This document shows positions 40,502 to 54,536 of a stretch of 64,000 nt of DNA, piece after piece. Position 1 is the first letter of the stretch. The number at the start of each line of letters is the position of its first letter. The position numbers and the translations under genes are program-made. The stretch is from Escherichia coli. GTDB taxonomy: Bacteria; Pseudomonadota; Gammaproteobacteria; Enterobacterales; Enterobacteriaceae. Under the pieces are notes generated by a model. That model made no database searches. It saw only the letters and a program-made list of their open reading frames with translations, and was not told the DNA's origin. The DNA lies in assembly GCF_041886205.1 (NCBI RefSeq), contig NZ_CP169029.1; one strand, given 5' to 3'.

Positions 40502-41817
40502 CAACCTAACTCCTTCGCCAGACGGGCAAACTCATTGCCTCGTTGTTCAAAGTTCTTGAACTGATCAAGGCTGGCACAGGCCGGGGAGAGCAGAACCATA
40601 TCGCCCAGCTGAACACGCGGAGCCAGCAAGCGCATCGCCTGTTCCATAGTTTCGGTTTGTTCTGCCACTTCCGGACGTAGCGCCGCCAGCTGCGCGCCGT
40701 CACGACCGAAACAATACAGACGTACGTTATCGCCATTCAGGTAACGCGCCAGTGGGCTAAAGTCCGCCGATTTACCATCGCCGCCCAGCAACAAATGCAG
40801 CGTGCCGTCTACGTGCAGGCCATTCAGCGCCGCTTCCGTACTGCCGACGTTGGTCGCTTTTGAATCGTTAATCCAGCGCACACCGTTATGCTCCAGCACC
40901 ACTTCAAAGCGATGCGGCAGACCAGTGAATGTGGTTAACGCTTTCAGGCTGCTGGCGCGCGGTAACCCTGCGGCATCTGCCAGCGCCAGCGCCGCCAGCG
41001 CATTGGTGTAGTTATGCTGCCCGGAAATTTTCATTTCTTTCACGTTCAGCACTTTCTCGCCTTTCACCCGCAGCCAGGTTTCGCCCTGCTGATGATTCAG
41101 GTGATAGTCACCCATGTTGACGCCAAAGCTGACGCAGCGTTCATCCGCACCACGAATCGGCATTGTTAAGGCATCATCAGCATTAACCACGCAAACTTTT
41201 GCGTTTTCGTAAATGCGCAGTTTTGCTGCACGATACTGTTGTAAACCAAACGGATAGCGATCCATATGATCTTCAGTCACGTTCAGAATGGTCGCTGCAA
41301 CCGCCTGTAAGCTGGAGGTGGTTTCCAGCTGGAAGCTCGACAGTTCCAGCACGTACAGTTCACACTCATCATCCAGTAGCATCAACGCAGGCAAGCCAAT
41401 ATTGCCACCCACACCAACGTTAACCCCCGCCGCTTTCGCCATTTCACCCACTAGCGTGGTGACCGTGCTTTTGCCGTTAGAACCGGTAATCGCCACAATC
41501 GGTGCTTGTGCTTCGCGACAGAACAGCTCGATATCGCCAACGATTTCGATTCCGGCATCAGCGGCAGCGCTTAAGGATGGATGCGCCAGTGCAATACCGG
41601 GACTGGCGACAATTAGATCTGCCGCCATCAGCCATTCATCATTCAGACTGCCCGTGTGGCGTTCTACGGCTTCGGGTAATTTATCCAGGCCTGGCGGTGT
41701 CATACGCGTATCCATAACGCGCGGCGTCACACCGCGAGCGAGGAAAAAGTCCACGCAGGAAAGCCCGGTGAGGCCCAGGCCGATAATGACAACATTTTTA
41801 CCCTGGTAATCAGCCAT
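40501..41817 (-). CDS. murD: UDP-N-acetylmuramoylalanine--D-glutamate ligase
   Basis: 438-aa Mur ligase with GSNGKSTV. Confidence 0.96.
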
Positions 41818-41819
41818 GA

Positions 41820-42902
41820 TTAACGTACCTTCAGCGTTGCCAGACCAATCAGGACCAGCATCAGCGAAATAATCCAGAAACGCACAATGACGCGCGGTTC
41901 CGGCCAGCCTTTCAGTTCATAGTGGTGATGAATCGGTGCCATGCGGAAAATTCGTTGTCCGCGCAGTTTAAAGGAGCCGACCTGCAGGATGACAGAAAGC
42001 GTTTCTACCACGAACACTCCCCCCATAATCACCAGCAGGAATTCCTGACGTAGCAGTACGGCGATAATGCCTAACGCACCACCTAACGCCAGCGAACCTA
42101 CATCGCCCATAAAGACCTGCGCCGGATAGGTGTTAAACCACAGGAAGCCCAGTCCTGCCCCGACTATCGCGGTACAGACAATAACCAGTTCCCCGGCGTG
42201 TCGCAGATACGGTATGTGTAAATAGCTGGCAAAGTTCATGTTGCCGGTCGCCCACGCCACCAGCGCAAAACCACCGGCGACAAATACGGTCGGCATAATT
42301 GCCAGACCGTCAAGACCATCGGTCAGGTTTACCGCGTTGCCAGTACCCACAATGACGAAGTAAGCCAGCAGAATGTAGAACAGCCCCAGTTGCGGCATCA
42401 CATCTTTAAAGAATGGGACCACCAGCTGCGTTGCGGGCGTGTCTTTGCCGACAAGGTACAAAGCGAAAGCAACACCCAGCGCAATGACCGACATCCAGAA
42501 ATATTTCCAACGAGCGATCAACCCTTTGGTGTCTTTACGCACCACTTTGCGATAATCATCAACAAAGCCAATAACACCGTAACCTACCAGCACCACCAAC
42601 ACGCACCAGACGTACGGATTGGACGGGTAAGCCCACAGCAGTACGGAGATCACAATCGCCGTCAGGATCATAATCCCGCCCATGGTCGGCGTACCGCGCT
42701 TGCTGAAGTGTGATTCAGGACCGTCGTTACGCACCACCTGACCAAAGGAAAGTTTTTGCAAATGAGCAATCATACGCGGGCCCATCCACAATGAGATGAA
42801 CAGCGCGGTCAGCAGGCTGACGATGGCGCGAAACGTCAGATAGGAAAAGACGTTAAAGCCGGAATAATATTTGACCAAATGTTCGGCCAGCCAAACTAAC
42901 AT
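41820..42902 (-). CDS. mraY: Phospho-N-acetylmuramoyl-pentapeptide transferase
   Basis: 360-aa polytopic membrane protein [27 protein letters not shown]…. Confidence 0.97.
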   Translation of the reverse strand: MLVWLAEHLVKYYSGFNVFSYLTFRAIVSLLTALFISLWMGPRMIAHLQKLSFGQVVRNDGPESHFSKRGTPTMGGIMILTAIVISVLLWAYPSNPYVWCVLVVLVGYGVIGFVDDYRKVVRKDTKGLIARWKYFWMSVIALGVAFALYLVGKDTPATQLVVPFFKDVMPQLGLFYILLAYFVIVGTGNAVNLTDGLDGLAIMPTVFVAGGFALVAWATGNMNFASYLHIPYLRHAGELVIVCTAIVGAGLGFLWFNTYPAQVFMGDVGSLALGGALGIIAVLLRQEFLLVIMGGVFVVETLSVILQVGSFKLRGQRIFRMAPIHHHYELKGWPEPRVIVRFWIISLMLVLIGLATLKVR

Positions 42903-44254
42903 GTCCCATTCTCCTGTAAAGCGCGTACTACCTCTTCCATGGCGGCACTACGTGAACCCTTAACTAAAATCGTAATTACCTGTTGCTCAGCAATCAGTGA
43001 TTTAAGACGCGCGATAAGCGCTGTTTTATCTGCAAAATGCTCGCCAACGCCGCTGGCGGTGCTGATAGCATGGCTTTGTTTACCCACGCTTAACACGCGG
43101 TCAATACCAGCAGCTTTTGCCGCCTCGCCCACCTGTACATGGCAGGCTTCGCTTTCAGCGCCCAATTCCGCCATATCGCCCACCACCAGCACGCGGTAGC
43201 CCGGCATTTCAGCCAGTACCTGAACAGCGGCGGTCATTGAACCGACATTGGCGTTGTAGGAGTCGTCGAGCAGCAACTGGTTTTCCGCCAGTTGGATGGG
43301 GAACAGACGGCCTGGAACGGCTTTCAGATTTGCCAGCCCCGCTTTGATAGCATCAAGCGTTGCGCCCACGGACATGGAGAGCGCAGCGGCTGCCAGCGCA
43401 TTCGCAATATTGTGACGCCCTGGAAGCGGTAGTAGAACATCCACACTACCGGTTGGGGTTTGCAGGGTAAATTCCGTACCGTGCGAGGTCACATGGATAT
43501 TGGTGGCGGTGAAATCGCTGTTGGCGGCATTGGGTGAGAAACGCCACACTTTGCGTGAGCCAATTACGCTCTGCCAGTTCAGCCAGTCGTTGTTGTCGGC
43601 GTTCATAATGGCGATACCGTTTTCCGGCAGGCCGCTAAAGATTTCACCTTTCGCTTTCGCGACCCCCGCAAGCGAGCCAAAACCTTCCAGATGTGCCGCT
43701 GCCAGGTTGTTGACCAGCGCCGCTTCCGGGCGAGTCAGACTCACAGTCCAGGCAATTTCGCCCTGATGGTTCGCGCCAAGTTCAATAACTGCGTAATCGT
43801 ATTCCGGCGTTAAGCGCAACAGCGTCATCGGTACACCGATGTCGTTGTTGAGATTGCCTGCCGTATAAAGCGTGTTGCCGCACTGGCTTAAAATCGCCGC
43901 CGTCATCTCTTTAACGGAGGTTTTGCCGGAGGACCCCGTCAGAGCAACCACGCGCGCCGGAACTTGCTGGCGAACCCATGCAGCCAGTTCACCAAACGCC
44001 AGACGCGTATCCTTGACGATTAACTGCGGCAGGTCGATGTCCAGCGGACGGCTAACCAGTAGTGCGCCTGCGCCGCCAGCTTTCGCCTGGTCGGCAAAAT
44101 CGTGGGCATCAAAACGTTCGCCTTTCAGGGCAACAAACAGGCAGCCCGGCATCAGTTTTCGCGTGTCAGTGGTTACAGCATCAAGGGTGATATCTGCACC
44201 TTGCAGTTCACCGTTGAGAATATCGGTAAGTTGGCTAAGGGTTACGCTAATCAT
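42896..44254 (-). CDS. murF: UDP-MurNAc-tripeptide--D-Ala-D-Ala ligase
   Basis: 452-aa Mur ligase with GSSGKTS. Confidence 0.96.
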   Translation of the reverse strand: MISVTLSQLTDILNGELQGADITLDAVTTDTRKLMPGCLFVALKGERFDAHDFADQAKAGGAGALLVSRPLDIDLPQLIVKDTRLAFGELAAWVRQQVPARVVALTGSSGKTSVKEMTAAILSQCGNTLYTAGNLNNDIGVPMTLLRLTPEYDYAVIELGANHQGEIAWTVSLTRPEAALVNNLAAAHLEGFGSLAGVAKAKGEIFSGLPENGIAIMNADNNDWLNWQSVIGSRKVWRFSPNAANSDFTATNIHVTSHGTEFTLQTPTGSVDVLLPLPGRHNIANALAAAALSMSVGATLDAIKAGLANLKAVPGRLFPIQLAENQLLLDDSYNANVGSMTAAVQVLAEMPGYRVLVVGDMAELGAESEACHVQVGEAAKAAGIDRVLSVGKQSHAISTASGVGEHFADKTALIARLKSLIAEQQVITILVKGSRSAAMEEVVRALQENGTC

Positions 44255-45738
44255 GCAATCACCCCCAGCAGACGCGCCACCGTGACGCGATCGGAGTAGT
44301 CCAGACGCTGATTGCCAACAATCTGGTAATCTTCATGGCCTTTGCCCGCGACCAGTACCACATCATTCTCTTTGGCCTGCATAACGGCGCAAGTCACCGC
44401 TTCAGCACGGCCTTCCATCACTTTGGCATGTCCGGCATCTAACATTCCCGCCAGAATATCGTTGATGATGGCACGCGGTTCTTCGGTACGCGGGTTATCG
44501 TCCGTCACCACCGCCACGTCAGCAAACTCTTCGGCAATTGCGCCCATCAGTGGACGCTTACCTTTATCGCGATCGCCACCACAGCCAAAGACGCACCACA
44601 GCTTGCCCGCACAGTGCAGGCGCGCCGCCTGTAAGGCTTTTTCCAGTGCATCCGGCGTATGCGCGTAATCCACCACCACCGTCGGTTTGCCTGGCGCAGT
44701 GAACACTTCCATACGTCCGCAAACCGGTTGCAGACGCGCGGCGGTTTTTAACAGATCAGCCAGCGGGTAGCCAAGTGCCAGCAGTGTCGCCAGCGCGAGC
44801 AGCAGGTTGCTGACGTTAAAAGCGCCCATCAGATGGCTTTCAATTTCGCCATCGCCCCAACTTGAACTAAAGCGAATGGTCGCGCCGCTGTCGTGATAGT
44901 TCACTTCGGTCGCTTTCAACCAGCGTCCGTGACAGTTCGGATTGATATGATCTTCCATTGATACCGCAACCGCGTCCGGCAGTTTTGCCAACCAGCGGCG
45001 GCCCACTTCATCGTCGGCGTTAATAATCGCCTGACCGCAATGATGCTCAGAATAAAGCAGCCATTTCGCGGCTTCGTAGTGTTCCATATCACCATGATAA
45101 TCAAGGTGATCGCGGCTTAAGTTGGTAAAGACCGACGCCGCAAATTTCAATGCCGCCACACGGTGCTGTACCAGCCCGTGGGAGGAAACTTCCATTGCGC
45201 AAAAAGTCGCGCCCTGATCCACCAGCCCCGCCAGCTCATGCTGAACATCGACTGCCGAACCGGTGGTATTTTCTGTCGGGATCACTTTCCCCAGCAGACC
45301 GTTACCAACGGTGCCCATTACCGCGCTGGTTTCGCCAAGCAGTTGGCTCCACTGCGCCAGCAGCTGGGTCGTCGTGGTTTTGCCGTTGGTGCCCGTTACG
45401 CCTACGAGACGTAAATTGTCAGAGGGTTCATGGTAAAAGCGGCCCGCCAGTGCAGATAAACGCTCATTGAGCTGGCTGAGATAGATGACCGGTACGCCGT
45501 GCATTTCACGGATTTCACCGTCGGTCGCCTCATCTTTCGCCTCTGCAATAATGGCAGCCACACCTTGCGCTATCGCCTGCGGGATATATCGACGCCCGTC
45601 CGCCTGATGACCTACTACAGCTACAAAGAGATCGCCCGCCGCAGCCACACGGCTGTCGAGTGTCATCTCTCGCAGTGCTCGCGAAGGTGCGTCTGGCACC
45701 CACGGAGCAAGAAGGTCGCGCAAATTACGATCTGCCAC
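44251..45738 (-). CDS. murE: UDP-MurNAc-L-Ala-D-Glu--meso-DAP ligase
   Basis: 495-aa Mur ligase with GTNGKTTT. Confidence 0.96.
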
Positions 45739-47491
45739 CTGTCCCCTCGCCTTGATTAATCACAAATTCATTTTTATCGCCCGTTGTCAGCGCATCCGGC
45801 TCGATGTTCATGGTACGCAATACGCCGCCCATGATGGCACCAAAGACCGGCGCGGAAACGGCGCCGCCGTAGTATTTACCCGCCTGCGGATCGTTGATAA
45901 CAACAACCAGCGCGAAGCGCGGCTGACTCGCAGGCGCAACGCCTGCGGTATAAGCAATATATTTATTGATGTAGCGACCGTCCGGCCCGACCTTTTTCGC
46001 GGTACCGGTTTTAATGGCAATACGATAGCCTTTAATCGCCGCCTTCACGCCGCCGCCACCCGGTAGCGCCACGCTTTCCATCATATGCACCACAGTGCGG
46101 ACAATGGATTCCGGGAAGACACGTTCACCGGGAACCGGGGGGTCAACTTTGGTAATCGACAGCGGGCGATAAATGCCATAGCTGCCGATAGTTGCGTAGA
46201 CTCGCGCTAACTGTAACGGTGTTACCATTAGCCCGTAGCCGAAAGAGAAGGTGGCCCTCTCTATGTCAGACCACCGTTGTTTTTGAGGATATAAGCCACT
46301 GCGTTCTCCGACCAACCCCAAATTGGTCGCTTTTCCCAGTCCAAAACGTGAGTAAGTATCTACTAACGCTGAGGACGGCATCGCTAACGCCAGCTTGGAA
46401 ACACCGACGTTACTCGACTTCTGTAATACCCCGGTCAGGGTTAATTCGCTGTAGCGTGCCACGTCTTTGATTTCGTGGCCGTTAATTCGATAAGGAATGG
46501 TATTGAGTACCGAGTTTTCCCGCACCACGCCACGTTGCAACGCGGTCATCACCACCATCGGTTTAACCGTTGAACCCGGTTCAAACACGTCGGTGATGGT
46601 ACGGTTACGCATCGCCTCTTTCGGCGTGCCACTCAGATTGTTGGGGTTGTATGACGGGCTGTTAGCCATCGCCAACACTTCACCGGTGTTGACATCCACC
46701 AGCACGGCGCTACCAGATTCAGCCTTGTTAAAGGCCACCGCGTTGTTCAGTTCGCGATAAACCAGCGCCTGCAGGCGTTCATCAATACTCAGCGCCAGGT
46801 TGTGCGCAGCCTGGCTGTCAGTAGAAGAAATATCTTCAATTACGCGACCATAGCGGTCTTTACGCACAATGCGCTCACCCGGCTGCCCGGTAAGCCATTT
46901 ATCGAAACTCTTCTCGACGCCCTCAATCCCCTGGCTATCGACATTAGTAAAGCCGATGAGGTGAGCAGTCACTTCGCCGGATGGATAATAACGGCGAGAT
47001 TCTTCACGCAGATGAATCCCCGGCAGTTTCAGTTTTTTGATGTAGTCCGCCATGTCAGGGTTTACCTGACGCGCCAGATAAATAAAGCGCCCTTTCGGGT
47101 TGGCGTTAATGCGGGCAGAAAGCTGATCCAGCGGAATATTGAGCGCGTTAGCCAGCGCCTTCCAGCGGTCACCGACGCTGATACCGCCAGCGTCATGCAC
47201 TTCTTTCGGGTCAGCCCAAATCGCTTTTACCGGCACGCTCACCGCTAACGGGCGACCAGAACGGTCAGTAATCATGCCGCGGGAGGTGGAAACTTGCTGA
47301 ACGCGAAGAGAACGCATGTCGCCCTCTTTCACCAGCATATCCGGGGAGATAACTTGTAACCACGCTACGCGTCCGAGCAGAAAAGCCAGCGCCAGGAGAA
47401 TACAGCCGCATAACAACGCAAAACGCCAACTGATAAAGTTGGCATGTTCTTCCTGACGTTTTGGTTTCTGCGTTTTCGCCGCTGCTTTCAT
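45725..47491 (-). CDS. ftsI: Peptidoglycan D,D-transpeptidase FtsI (PBP3)
   Basis: 588 aa with transpeptidase motifs STVK, SSN and KTG. Confidence 0.97.
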
Positions 47492-47506
47492 GCGTCGCGT
47501 TTATCC

Positions 47507-47872
47507 TTATTTTTGCACTACGATATTTTCTTGTGACGGATCAACATGCTGCATTTGCAGCTTTTCCGTGGCGATCCTTTCCACCCGGCTATGGTCGCCG
47601 AGCGCATTCTCTTCAAGGATCAGGTTGCGCCATTCAATGTCTAAAGCATCTCGCTCCAGCACCAGTTGTTCGCGCTGAGCGGTCAGTAAACGGGTATGGT
47701 GCGCCGTGGTTACCACGGTCACCGCCGTCAAAATAATGCAAATGAACAGGCAGAGTGGCAGCTTCCCAAATCGCAAAAGATCGTCACCGATAACACCAGG
47801 CAATGCATGGCGCTCGTGGCTTCCCATCGATCCTTTAACTTTGCTTAGAGCTTCTGTCACTCTGCTGATCAT
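47507..47872 (-). CDS. ftsL: Cell division protein FtsL
   Basis: 121-aa bitopic protein with leucine-zipper-like periplasmic segment. Confidence 0.93.
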
Positions 47873-48810
47873 GCGTTCGTCCTCTCTGCAATACGCAGAA
47901 CTGAACTACGGGCACGAGGGTTCTCAGCCACCTCTTCTTCGCCCGGCATTAACTTGCCTAGTGCTCGCAGCTGACGGCCACCCAGTTTTTTGAGCTGCTC
48001 TTCAGTCATCGGTAACCCTGCCGGAACTTGTGGACCGCGGCTGTTTTCACGCATAAAGCGTTTCACAATGCGGTCTTCCAGTGAGTGGAAGCTGATGATC
48101 GAAAGCCGCCCACCCGGGGCCAGCACGTTGAGCGAGCTTTTTAGCGCCTGCTCTATCTCCTCCAGTTCACTGTTTACCCAAATGCGCACCGCCTGGAAGG
48201 TACGGGTCGCGGGATGTTTGAACTTGTCTTTCACCGGCGTTGCGGCAGCCACGACTTCCGCCAGTTCTTTGGTGCGGGTCATCGGCTGTTCGCGGTTACG
48301 CTCGACAATGGCGCGGGCAATGCGTTTGGCAAAACGCTCTTCACCATAGGTTTTCAATACCCAGGCGATATCCGCTTCTTCTGCGGTTTGTAGCCATTCA
48401 GCGGCTGACTGCCCACGGGTTGGGTCCATACGCATGTCCAGCGGACCATCGCGCATAAAGGAAAAGCCGCGTTCAGCATCATCAAGTTGCGGTGAAGAGA
48501 CGCCAAGATCGAGGAGAATGCCGTCGATCTTGCCGATAAGATCGCGCTCGGCAACGTATTCGCCCAGCGCGGAGAAAGGTCCGTGGATGATGGAGAAGCG
48601 CGGATCATCAATAGTCTTCGCAACGGCGATAGCCTGCGGGTCGCGATCGATCGCCAACAAACGCCCCTCTTCGCCAAGCTGCGAGAGGATCAGACGTGAG
48701 TGACCACCGCGACCAAAAGTCCCATCAATGTAGATGCCATCAGGACGGATATTGAGGCCATTAACGGCTTCATCCAGCAGCACCGTAGTATGTTTATAGT
48801 TTTCCATCAT
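47869..48810 (-). CDS. rsmH: 16S rRNA m4C1402 methyltransferase RsmH (MraW)
   Basis: 313-aa translation [19 protein letters not shown]…; start at internal ATG pair 48805-48810. Confidence 0.95.
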
Positions 48811-48811
48811 T

Positions 48812-49270
48812 TTATAGAGACAAGTCCTGCAGTCGCTCCGATAAGTCTCCGGTAGCCAACTGCTCTGCGTCGATATCTTCCTTGACCTGTTGATGCCAGG
48901 TTGTTTCATCCCACAGCTCAAACTTGTTGAACTGTCCAACCAGCATCACTTCTTTTGTCAGCCCGGCATGTTGCCGCAGTACTGGCGCGATTAACAATCG
49001 ACCTGCGCCATCCATCTGACATTCGCTGGCATGACCTAACAGTAGGCGCTGCACACGGCGCTCAACCGGGTTCATGCTCGACAGACGCGATAATTTTTGC
49101 TCGATAATTTCCCATTCAGGCAGGGGGTAAAGCAGCAGGCACGGGTGATGAATGTCAATGGTGCAAACCATTTGACCGGCAGCGTTCTCAAGCAGCTGTT
49201 CCCGATAACGGGTAGGCACTGATAAGCGCCCTTTGCTGTCGAGATTGACTAACGTTGCTCCCCGGAACAT
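48812..49270 (-). CDS. mraZ: Transcriptional regulator MraZ
   Basis: 152-aa translation [28 protein letters not shown]…; start at internal ATG 49268-49270. Confidence 0.95.
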
Positions 49271-49289
49271 GCCAGCCTCACCCCTTATT

Positions 49290-49314
49290 CCCACTTTGCC
49301 CCACAATTTCCCAC
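49290..49314 (-). promoter_or_regulatory. MraZ operator: three direct GTGGG repeats at 10-bp spacing in the mraZ 5' region
   Basis: Minus strand reads GTGGGaaattGTGGGgcaaaGTGGGaataa, 20-45 bp upstream of the mraZ ATG. Confidence 0.7.
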
Positions 49315-49871
49315 TGAAAGGAGTTTACGGAGCGGAGGAAAAGCTTGTCAAGCCAGTCACAAGGCATACCGAGGTAAAAAACCCGATGTTTACGGCTAAT
49401 ATCCGCGTTGTTTATTTTACGTCCAACGAGCGCAGCAAATTAACGTTATGAATAGCTGTAAGAAAAAATCCCTCATCGTCATCACCGTTTTAAAATGACT
49501 CACTATTTTCCACAGCAAATATAAAGTGTCAGTTTGCGACGCGAGCGGCATTTTAGGACATATCTTCCCCGGTTAACAGTCCCTGTTGCGTCTGTGTGGC
49601 GCTTGATGCCAGCGGGTTTGCGCAAAAGCAAAGAAAAGTGCTTGTTAAATCGGCAATTCATCTCTGCATGTAACAAAATAATGCAAAAACGCGCTGTCGA
49701 TATCACTTAATTATTGTGAATTTCAGCTGATGAGTTAAGTAACGGGCGGGTTTAAAAGGACTTATCAATAATAGTCAGGAATAGTCTTATTTACTTTAAG
49801 GATATTGATGTCCATTCCCGTACTCTACGCGCCAGAGGGAAATTAACCTGGCGCGTATTTTTGTTTGCGGC

Positions 49872-50876
49872 TTAGCTACGGCTGAGCACGCCGCGGCGAT
49901 AGAGATTACGTTTAATGCGCGTTAAACCAGGTTTTGGCTTACGCGGTTCGTCCAGGCTTGCCAGGACAATCTCCAGCACACGCTCTGCGACATCGCGGTG
50001 ACGTTGAGCCACTGCCAGTACCGGGCATTGCAGGAAATCCAGAAGTTCGTTATCACCAAAAGTAGCAATAGCCAGATCGGAAGGTAACTTACCGTCACGA
50101 CGCAGTGTGACATCCATTACCCCTTGCAACAAAGCAAACGAGGTGGTGAACAGCGCCTGCGGCATCGGATGCGTTTCCAGCCATTTTTCGAATAACTGGG
50201 CAGCCGCCTCCCGCTCATAGCTGTTGGCATAAAGGAAATGCACTTCGCGCGGATCATCTTTCCAGGCAGTACGGAAACCTTGTTCACGCAGGAAGCTGAC
50301 AGAAAGCTCCGGCAGCGCGCCAAGATAAAGCACCGTCTCGGCGGGAAACTTACGTAACTCTTCCGCCAGCATTTCGGCATCATCCTGATCGGCACCAACC
50401 ACGCTGGTAAAGTGTTCACGATCGAGGGCGCGGTCCAGCGCGACAATCGGGAACGGGTCGTTAGCCCAGCGTTGATAAAAAGGATGCTCAGGAGGCAACG
50501 ACGTCGAAACAATAATGGCATCAACCTGACGCTGTAAAAGGTGCTCAATGCACCGCATTTCGTTGTCTGGCTGATCTTCTGAGCAGGCAATCAGCAGTTG
50601 ATAACCCCGTTGCCGCGCCTGGCGTTCAAGATAGTTAGCGATGCGGGTATAGCTGGTGTTCTCCAGATCGGGGATCACAAGACCAATAGAACGTGTGCGT
50701 CCAGCACGAAGCCCAGCTGCCACGGCGTTCGGGTGGTAATTGTGCTCACGCACCACAGCCATGACTTTTTCAACGGTTTTGTCGCTCACACGGTATTGCT
50801 TCGCTTTGCCGTTAATAACATAGCTTGCAGTGGTCCGCGACACTCCCGCCAGCCGAGCGATTTCATCCAGTTTCAC
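49872..50876 (-). CDS. cra: Catabolite repressor/activator Cra (FruR), LacI family
   Basis: 334-aa translation [38 protein letters not shown]… with N-terminal HTH. Confidence 0.96.
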   Translation of the reverse strand: MKLDEIARLAGVSRTTASYVINGKAKQYRVSDKTVEKVMAVVREHNYHPNAVAAGLRAGRTRSIGLVIPDLENTSYTRIANYLERQARQRGYQLLIACSEDQPDNEMRCIEHLLQRQVDAIIVSTSLPPEHPFYQRWANDPFPIVALDRALDREHFTSVVGADQDDAEMLAEELRKFPAETVLYLGALPELSVSFLREQGFRTAWKDDPREVHFLYANSYEREAAAQLFEKWLETHPMPQALFTTSFALLQGVMDVTLRRDGKLPSDLAIATFGDNELLDFLQCPVLAVAQRHRDVAERVLEIVLASLDEPRKPKPGLTRIKRNLYRRGVLSRS

Positions 50877-51055
50877 AATTGCCCCTTGCGTAAAATGTAA
50901 AAACCATAGCCATTGTACTGGTATGGGTTAAATTCATTAACATCTAAGCGCAGAAAATTAACTGCGGCAACTGCTTTTATTCCAGGTTCCCACTGATTTC
51001 GCAAAAATAGCCCAACGTGACATGTTGGGCTGCAAATTGCGCATTGAGATCATTC

Positions 51056-51547
51056 TCAACGCATTATTTTATCGCCGCGTGAAAGTCCGACCACACCAGA
51101 GCGAGCAACTTCCACAATTTTTGCCACATCACGAATCGATGCTAAAAATGCATCAAGCTTATCGCTGGTGCCTGCTAATTGAACGGTATAAAGCGAGGGT
51201 GTGACATCGATAATTTGCCCACGGAATATTTCCGTATTACGTTTCACTTCGTCACGCCCGTAACCGCTGGCCTGAATTTTCACCAGCATGATTTCCCGCT
51301 CAACATGCGCGCCCTGCCCCAACTCACTCACGCGCAAGACATCGACCAGCTTGTGTAATTGCTTTTCGATCTGCTCAAGTACTTTTTCATCGCCCACGGT
51401 CTGGATGGTCATACGCGATAATGTCGGATCGTCGGTTGGCGCAACGGTCAGGCTTTCAATGTTGTAGCCACGCTGGGAAAAAAGGCCAATCACGCGGGAT
51501 AACGCGCCTGATTCATTTTCGAGTAAGACTGATAATATCCGGCGCAT
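51056..51547 (-). CDS. ilvH: Acetolactate synthase III small (regulatory) subunit
   Basis: 163-aa ACT-domain translation [33 protein letters not shown]…. Confidence 0.95.
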   Translation of the reverse strand: MRRILSVLLENESGALSRVIGLFSQRGYNIESLTVAPTDDPTLSRMTIQTVGDEKVLEQIEKQLHKLVDVLRVSELGQGAHVEREIMLVKIQASGYGRDEVKRNTEIFRGQIIDVTPSLYTVQLAGTSDKLDAFLASIRDVAKIVEVARSGVVGLSRGDKIMR

Positions 51548-51549
51548 AA

Positions 51550-53274
51550 TCAGGTTCTCTCCGTTTTGCTTAACCACATTTCATCCATTCCGCCCCCGCG
51601 AATCTGCATCGGGTAGACGTGCTCACTGCCATCGACGGTAACATCAACAAACACCAGGCGATTATTGCGCACCTGTTCCAGCGCCTCGCTAAGTTTGCTT
51701 TCCAGTTCTTGCGGATGAGAGATCTGGATCCCGACGTGACCATAGGCTTCCGCCAGACGGACGAAATCGGGTAGTGATTGCATATAAGATTGTGAATGAC
51801 GGCCGGAATAGATCATGTCCTGCCACTGTTTTACCATCCCCAGATAGCGGTTATTGAGATTCACCACCAGTACAGGCAACTCGTATTGCAATGCGGTAGA
51901 CAGTTCCTGGATGTTCATCTGAATACTGCCGTCGCCAGTGACGCAAACCACGATTTCTTCTGGCAACGCCATTTTGACGCCCAGTGCCGCAGGTAAACCA
52001 AAACCCATCGTGCCGAGGCCGCCGGAATTGATCCAGCGACGCGGTTTGTCGAATGGATAATAAAGCGCAGCAAACATCTGGTGCTGCCCGACATCGGACG
52101 TCACGTAAGCGTCCCCCTTCGTCAACCGCCAAAGAGTCTCGATCACCGCCTGCGGTTTAATCTTTTCACTGTGAGTGTCATATTTCAGGCACTGACGAGC
52201 GCGCCACTGTTCAATCTGCTGCCACCAGTCGCGGATCTCATCCAGCGGTTGATGGGCGGATTCTTGTGACAGGAGTTCAAGCATTTGTTCGAGGACCTGG
52301 CGAGCATCCCCCACAATCGGGATATCAGCAGTCACGGTTTTAGAAATGGAAGTAGGATCAATATCGATATGCAAAACAGTGGCATTTGGGCAGTACTTTG
52401 CCAGATTGTTCGTCGTTCGGTCATCAAATCGTACCCCGACGGCGAAAATCACATCCGCGTTATGCATCGTCATATTGGCTTCGTAGGTACCATGCATTCC
52501 CAGCATGCCCAGTGCCTGACGATGCGTTGCCGGAAACGCCCCCAGCCCCATCAATGAGGAAACAACGGGCAGATTCAACGCCTCCACCGTTTCTTTCAAC
52601 TGCTGATGGCAGCCCGCCGTGATTGCCCCACCGCCTACGTAGACAACCGGTTTTTTTGCCGCTACCAGCGTTTGCAGAGCACGCTTAATTTGCCCTTTAT
52701 GTCCGGTAGTAGTGGGATTGTAAGAACGCATACTGACCGACTCCGGCCAGACATAGGGTAATTTGTTCGCCGGATTAAGAATATCTTTCGGTAAATCAAC
52801 GACCACTGGTCCTGGGCGACCACTTGCCGCCAGCCAGAAAGCCTTTTTCAGCACCTGCGGAATGTCTTCCGTTTGCTTAACCAGAAAACTGTGTTTAACC
52901 ACCGGTCGCGAAATCCCCACCATGTCGCACTCCTGAAAGGCATCGTAACCTATCAACGAGGTCGCTACCTGCCCGGAAAGGACAACTAATGGAATGGAAT
53001 CCATATAAGCGGTGGCGATGCCAGTAATCGCATTGGTCGCCCCTGGACCCGACGTTACCAGCACGACGCCAACTTCCCCGGTCGCGCGCGCCAGGCCATC
53101 GGCCATATGCACCGCCGCCTGCTCATGACGAACTAAAACATGATCGATACCACCCACGGTATGCAATGCATCATAAATATCAAGGACTGCGCCTCCGGGA
53201 TAACCGAATACTTGTTTAACGCCCTGATCGATAAGCGATCGGACGACCATCTCGGCTCCAGACAACATCTCCAT
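51550..53274 (-). CDS. ilvI: Acetolactate synthase III large subunit
   Basis: 574-aa ThDP enzyme [37 protein letters not shown]…; start at internal ATG. Confidence 0.95.
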   Translation of the reverse strand: MEMLSGAEMVVRSLIDQGVKQVFGYPGGAVLDIYDALHTVGGIDHVLVRHEQAAVHMADGLARATGEVGVVLVTSGPGATNAITGIATAYMDSIPLVVLSGQVATSLIGYDAFQECDMVGISRPVVKHSFLVKQTEDIPQVLKKAFWLAASGRPGPVVVDLPKDILNPANKLPYVWPESVSMRSYNPTTTGHKGQIKRALQTLVAAKKPVVYVGGGAITAGCHQQLKETVEALNLPVVSSLMGLGAFPATHRQALGMLGMHGTYEANMTMHNADVIFAVGVRFDDRTTNNLAKYCPNATVLHIDIDPTSISKTVTADIPIVGDARQVLEQMLELLSQESAHQPLDEIRDWWQQIEQWRARQCLKYDTHSEKIKPQAVIETLWRLTKGDAYVTSDVGQHQMFAALYYPFDKPRRWINSGGLGTMGFGLPAALGVKMALPEEIVVCVTGDGSIQMNIQELSTALQYELPVLVVNLNNRYLGMVKQWQDMIYSGRHSQSYMQSLPDFVRLAEAYGHVGIQISHPQELESKLSEALEQVRNNRLVFVDVTVDGSEHVYPMQIRGGGMDEMWLSKTERT

Positions 53275-53591
53275 GGCCTGCCTCACTGTTTGACGGAAAA
53301 AATGTGTAAAACACATTAACCGTCCGATCTTGCTTAAGCAATTGGCAGACAGAGACATAAACACGGGGTAATAAGAATAAACAGGAGGAAAGGTGAAAAG
53401 AAACGATAAAATCCTCCATTACAGAGGATTAAATTGATAATAAATCGGCTCAATCCCACAACTTACAGCAATTTCTCTATTTTTTTAATTAATCCTAAAA
53501 TAGAGAGCCCACACATTCAGGATAAAATCCTACATTCAATAAAAAATGCAGAATAAACCAGACATTGATGTCTGACCTATTCTGCATTCAG

Positions 53592-54536
53592 TTAGCGTTT
53601 GCAAATTGAGACTAATTGCTCTTCCATCCACTGATGACCTTTATCGCGCCCGGCAGCCTCATGCCAGGAGAGATAACAGGTTCTGCTATTTTGTTTTAAC
53701 GGCAGCGGTAATACCTGTAATTCTAAGGATTCAGCGAACTCTTCAGCCAGCCAACGCGGCGCAATAGCGACCAGATGCGTTTGCGACACCACGCTAAGTA
53801 CGCTCATCATTGCCATGCCCTGATACGCGATACTGGCTTGCTTATCTACCGTGTCATACCACGGTTGACTAAATGATGCGAAACGATCGAGCGAAACCGC
53901 CGCATGTTGTTCGTTATAAACATCATGTTTCAGTAACGGGCCTTTAATTGTTGGATGATTTTTGCTGGCTACCAGCACCATTTCATCTTTAAATAATGGC
54001 ACGCTGGTAAATTCAGGACGATGGAAGTCTTCATAACTAATCACAAACTCCGTTTCCTGATAACGCAGCTGATGTTCAGTGTTCTGATTTAATGAAGACT
54101 TGAACATGACATGTATATTTGGCGCAATCTGCTCAATGTGATTATAAATCTGCGAGGTCAGAATGCTGTCTAACGGGCTGCAAACACAAAGATGAAATAC
54201 ACGTTCACTGCTCGCGGGTTCAAAACCTGAACCAGGCAATTCATTTTGTACTAGTTGCAATGCCTGACGAACTGAACCAAAAAGTTGAAATGCGCGAGCA
54301 GTCGGTTGAATACCACGGCCATAACGAACAAAAAGCTCGTCATTAAACATCACCTTCAGGCGTGCAACAGCGTTACTGACCGCAGGTTGCGACATTCCCA
54401 GAACATGAGCGGCACGGGTAATGTTTTGCTCCTGCATCACGGCATCGAAAACGGTTAATAAGTTGAGATCGACCATGCGTAGCTGTGGCTTGCTTAACTC
54501 CGCCGTCTCTGGATGATCTGTTTGTACCTCTGGCAT
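53592..54536 (-). CDS. leuO: LysR-family global regulator LeuO
   Basis: 314-aa translation [44 protein letters not shown]…; start taken at the known N-terminus, though the ORF extends 28 codons further upstream. Confidence 0.9.
   Translation of the reverse strand: MPEVQTDHPETAELSKPQLRMVDLNLLTVFDAVMQEQNITRAAHVLGMSQPAVSNAVARLKVMFNDELFVRYGRGIQPTARAFQLFGSVRQALQLVQNELPGSGFEPASSERVFHLCVCSPLDSILTSQIYNHIEQIAPNIHVMFKSSLNQNTEHQLRYQETEFVISYEDFHRPEFTSVPLFKDEMVLVASKNHPTIKGPLLKHDVYNEQHAAVSLDRFASFSQPWYDTVDKQASIAYQGMAMMSVLSVVSQTHLVAIAPRWLAEEFAESLELQVLPLPLKQNSRTCYLSWHEAAGRDKGHQWMEEQLVSICKR

Noticed and set aside
49503-49706. 67-aa ORF in the cra-mraZ intergenic region
   Set aside because: No Shine-Dalgarno sequence, atypical composition, and it lies in a region expected to hold the mra promoters; no support for coding.
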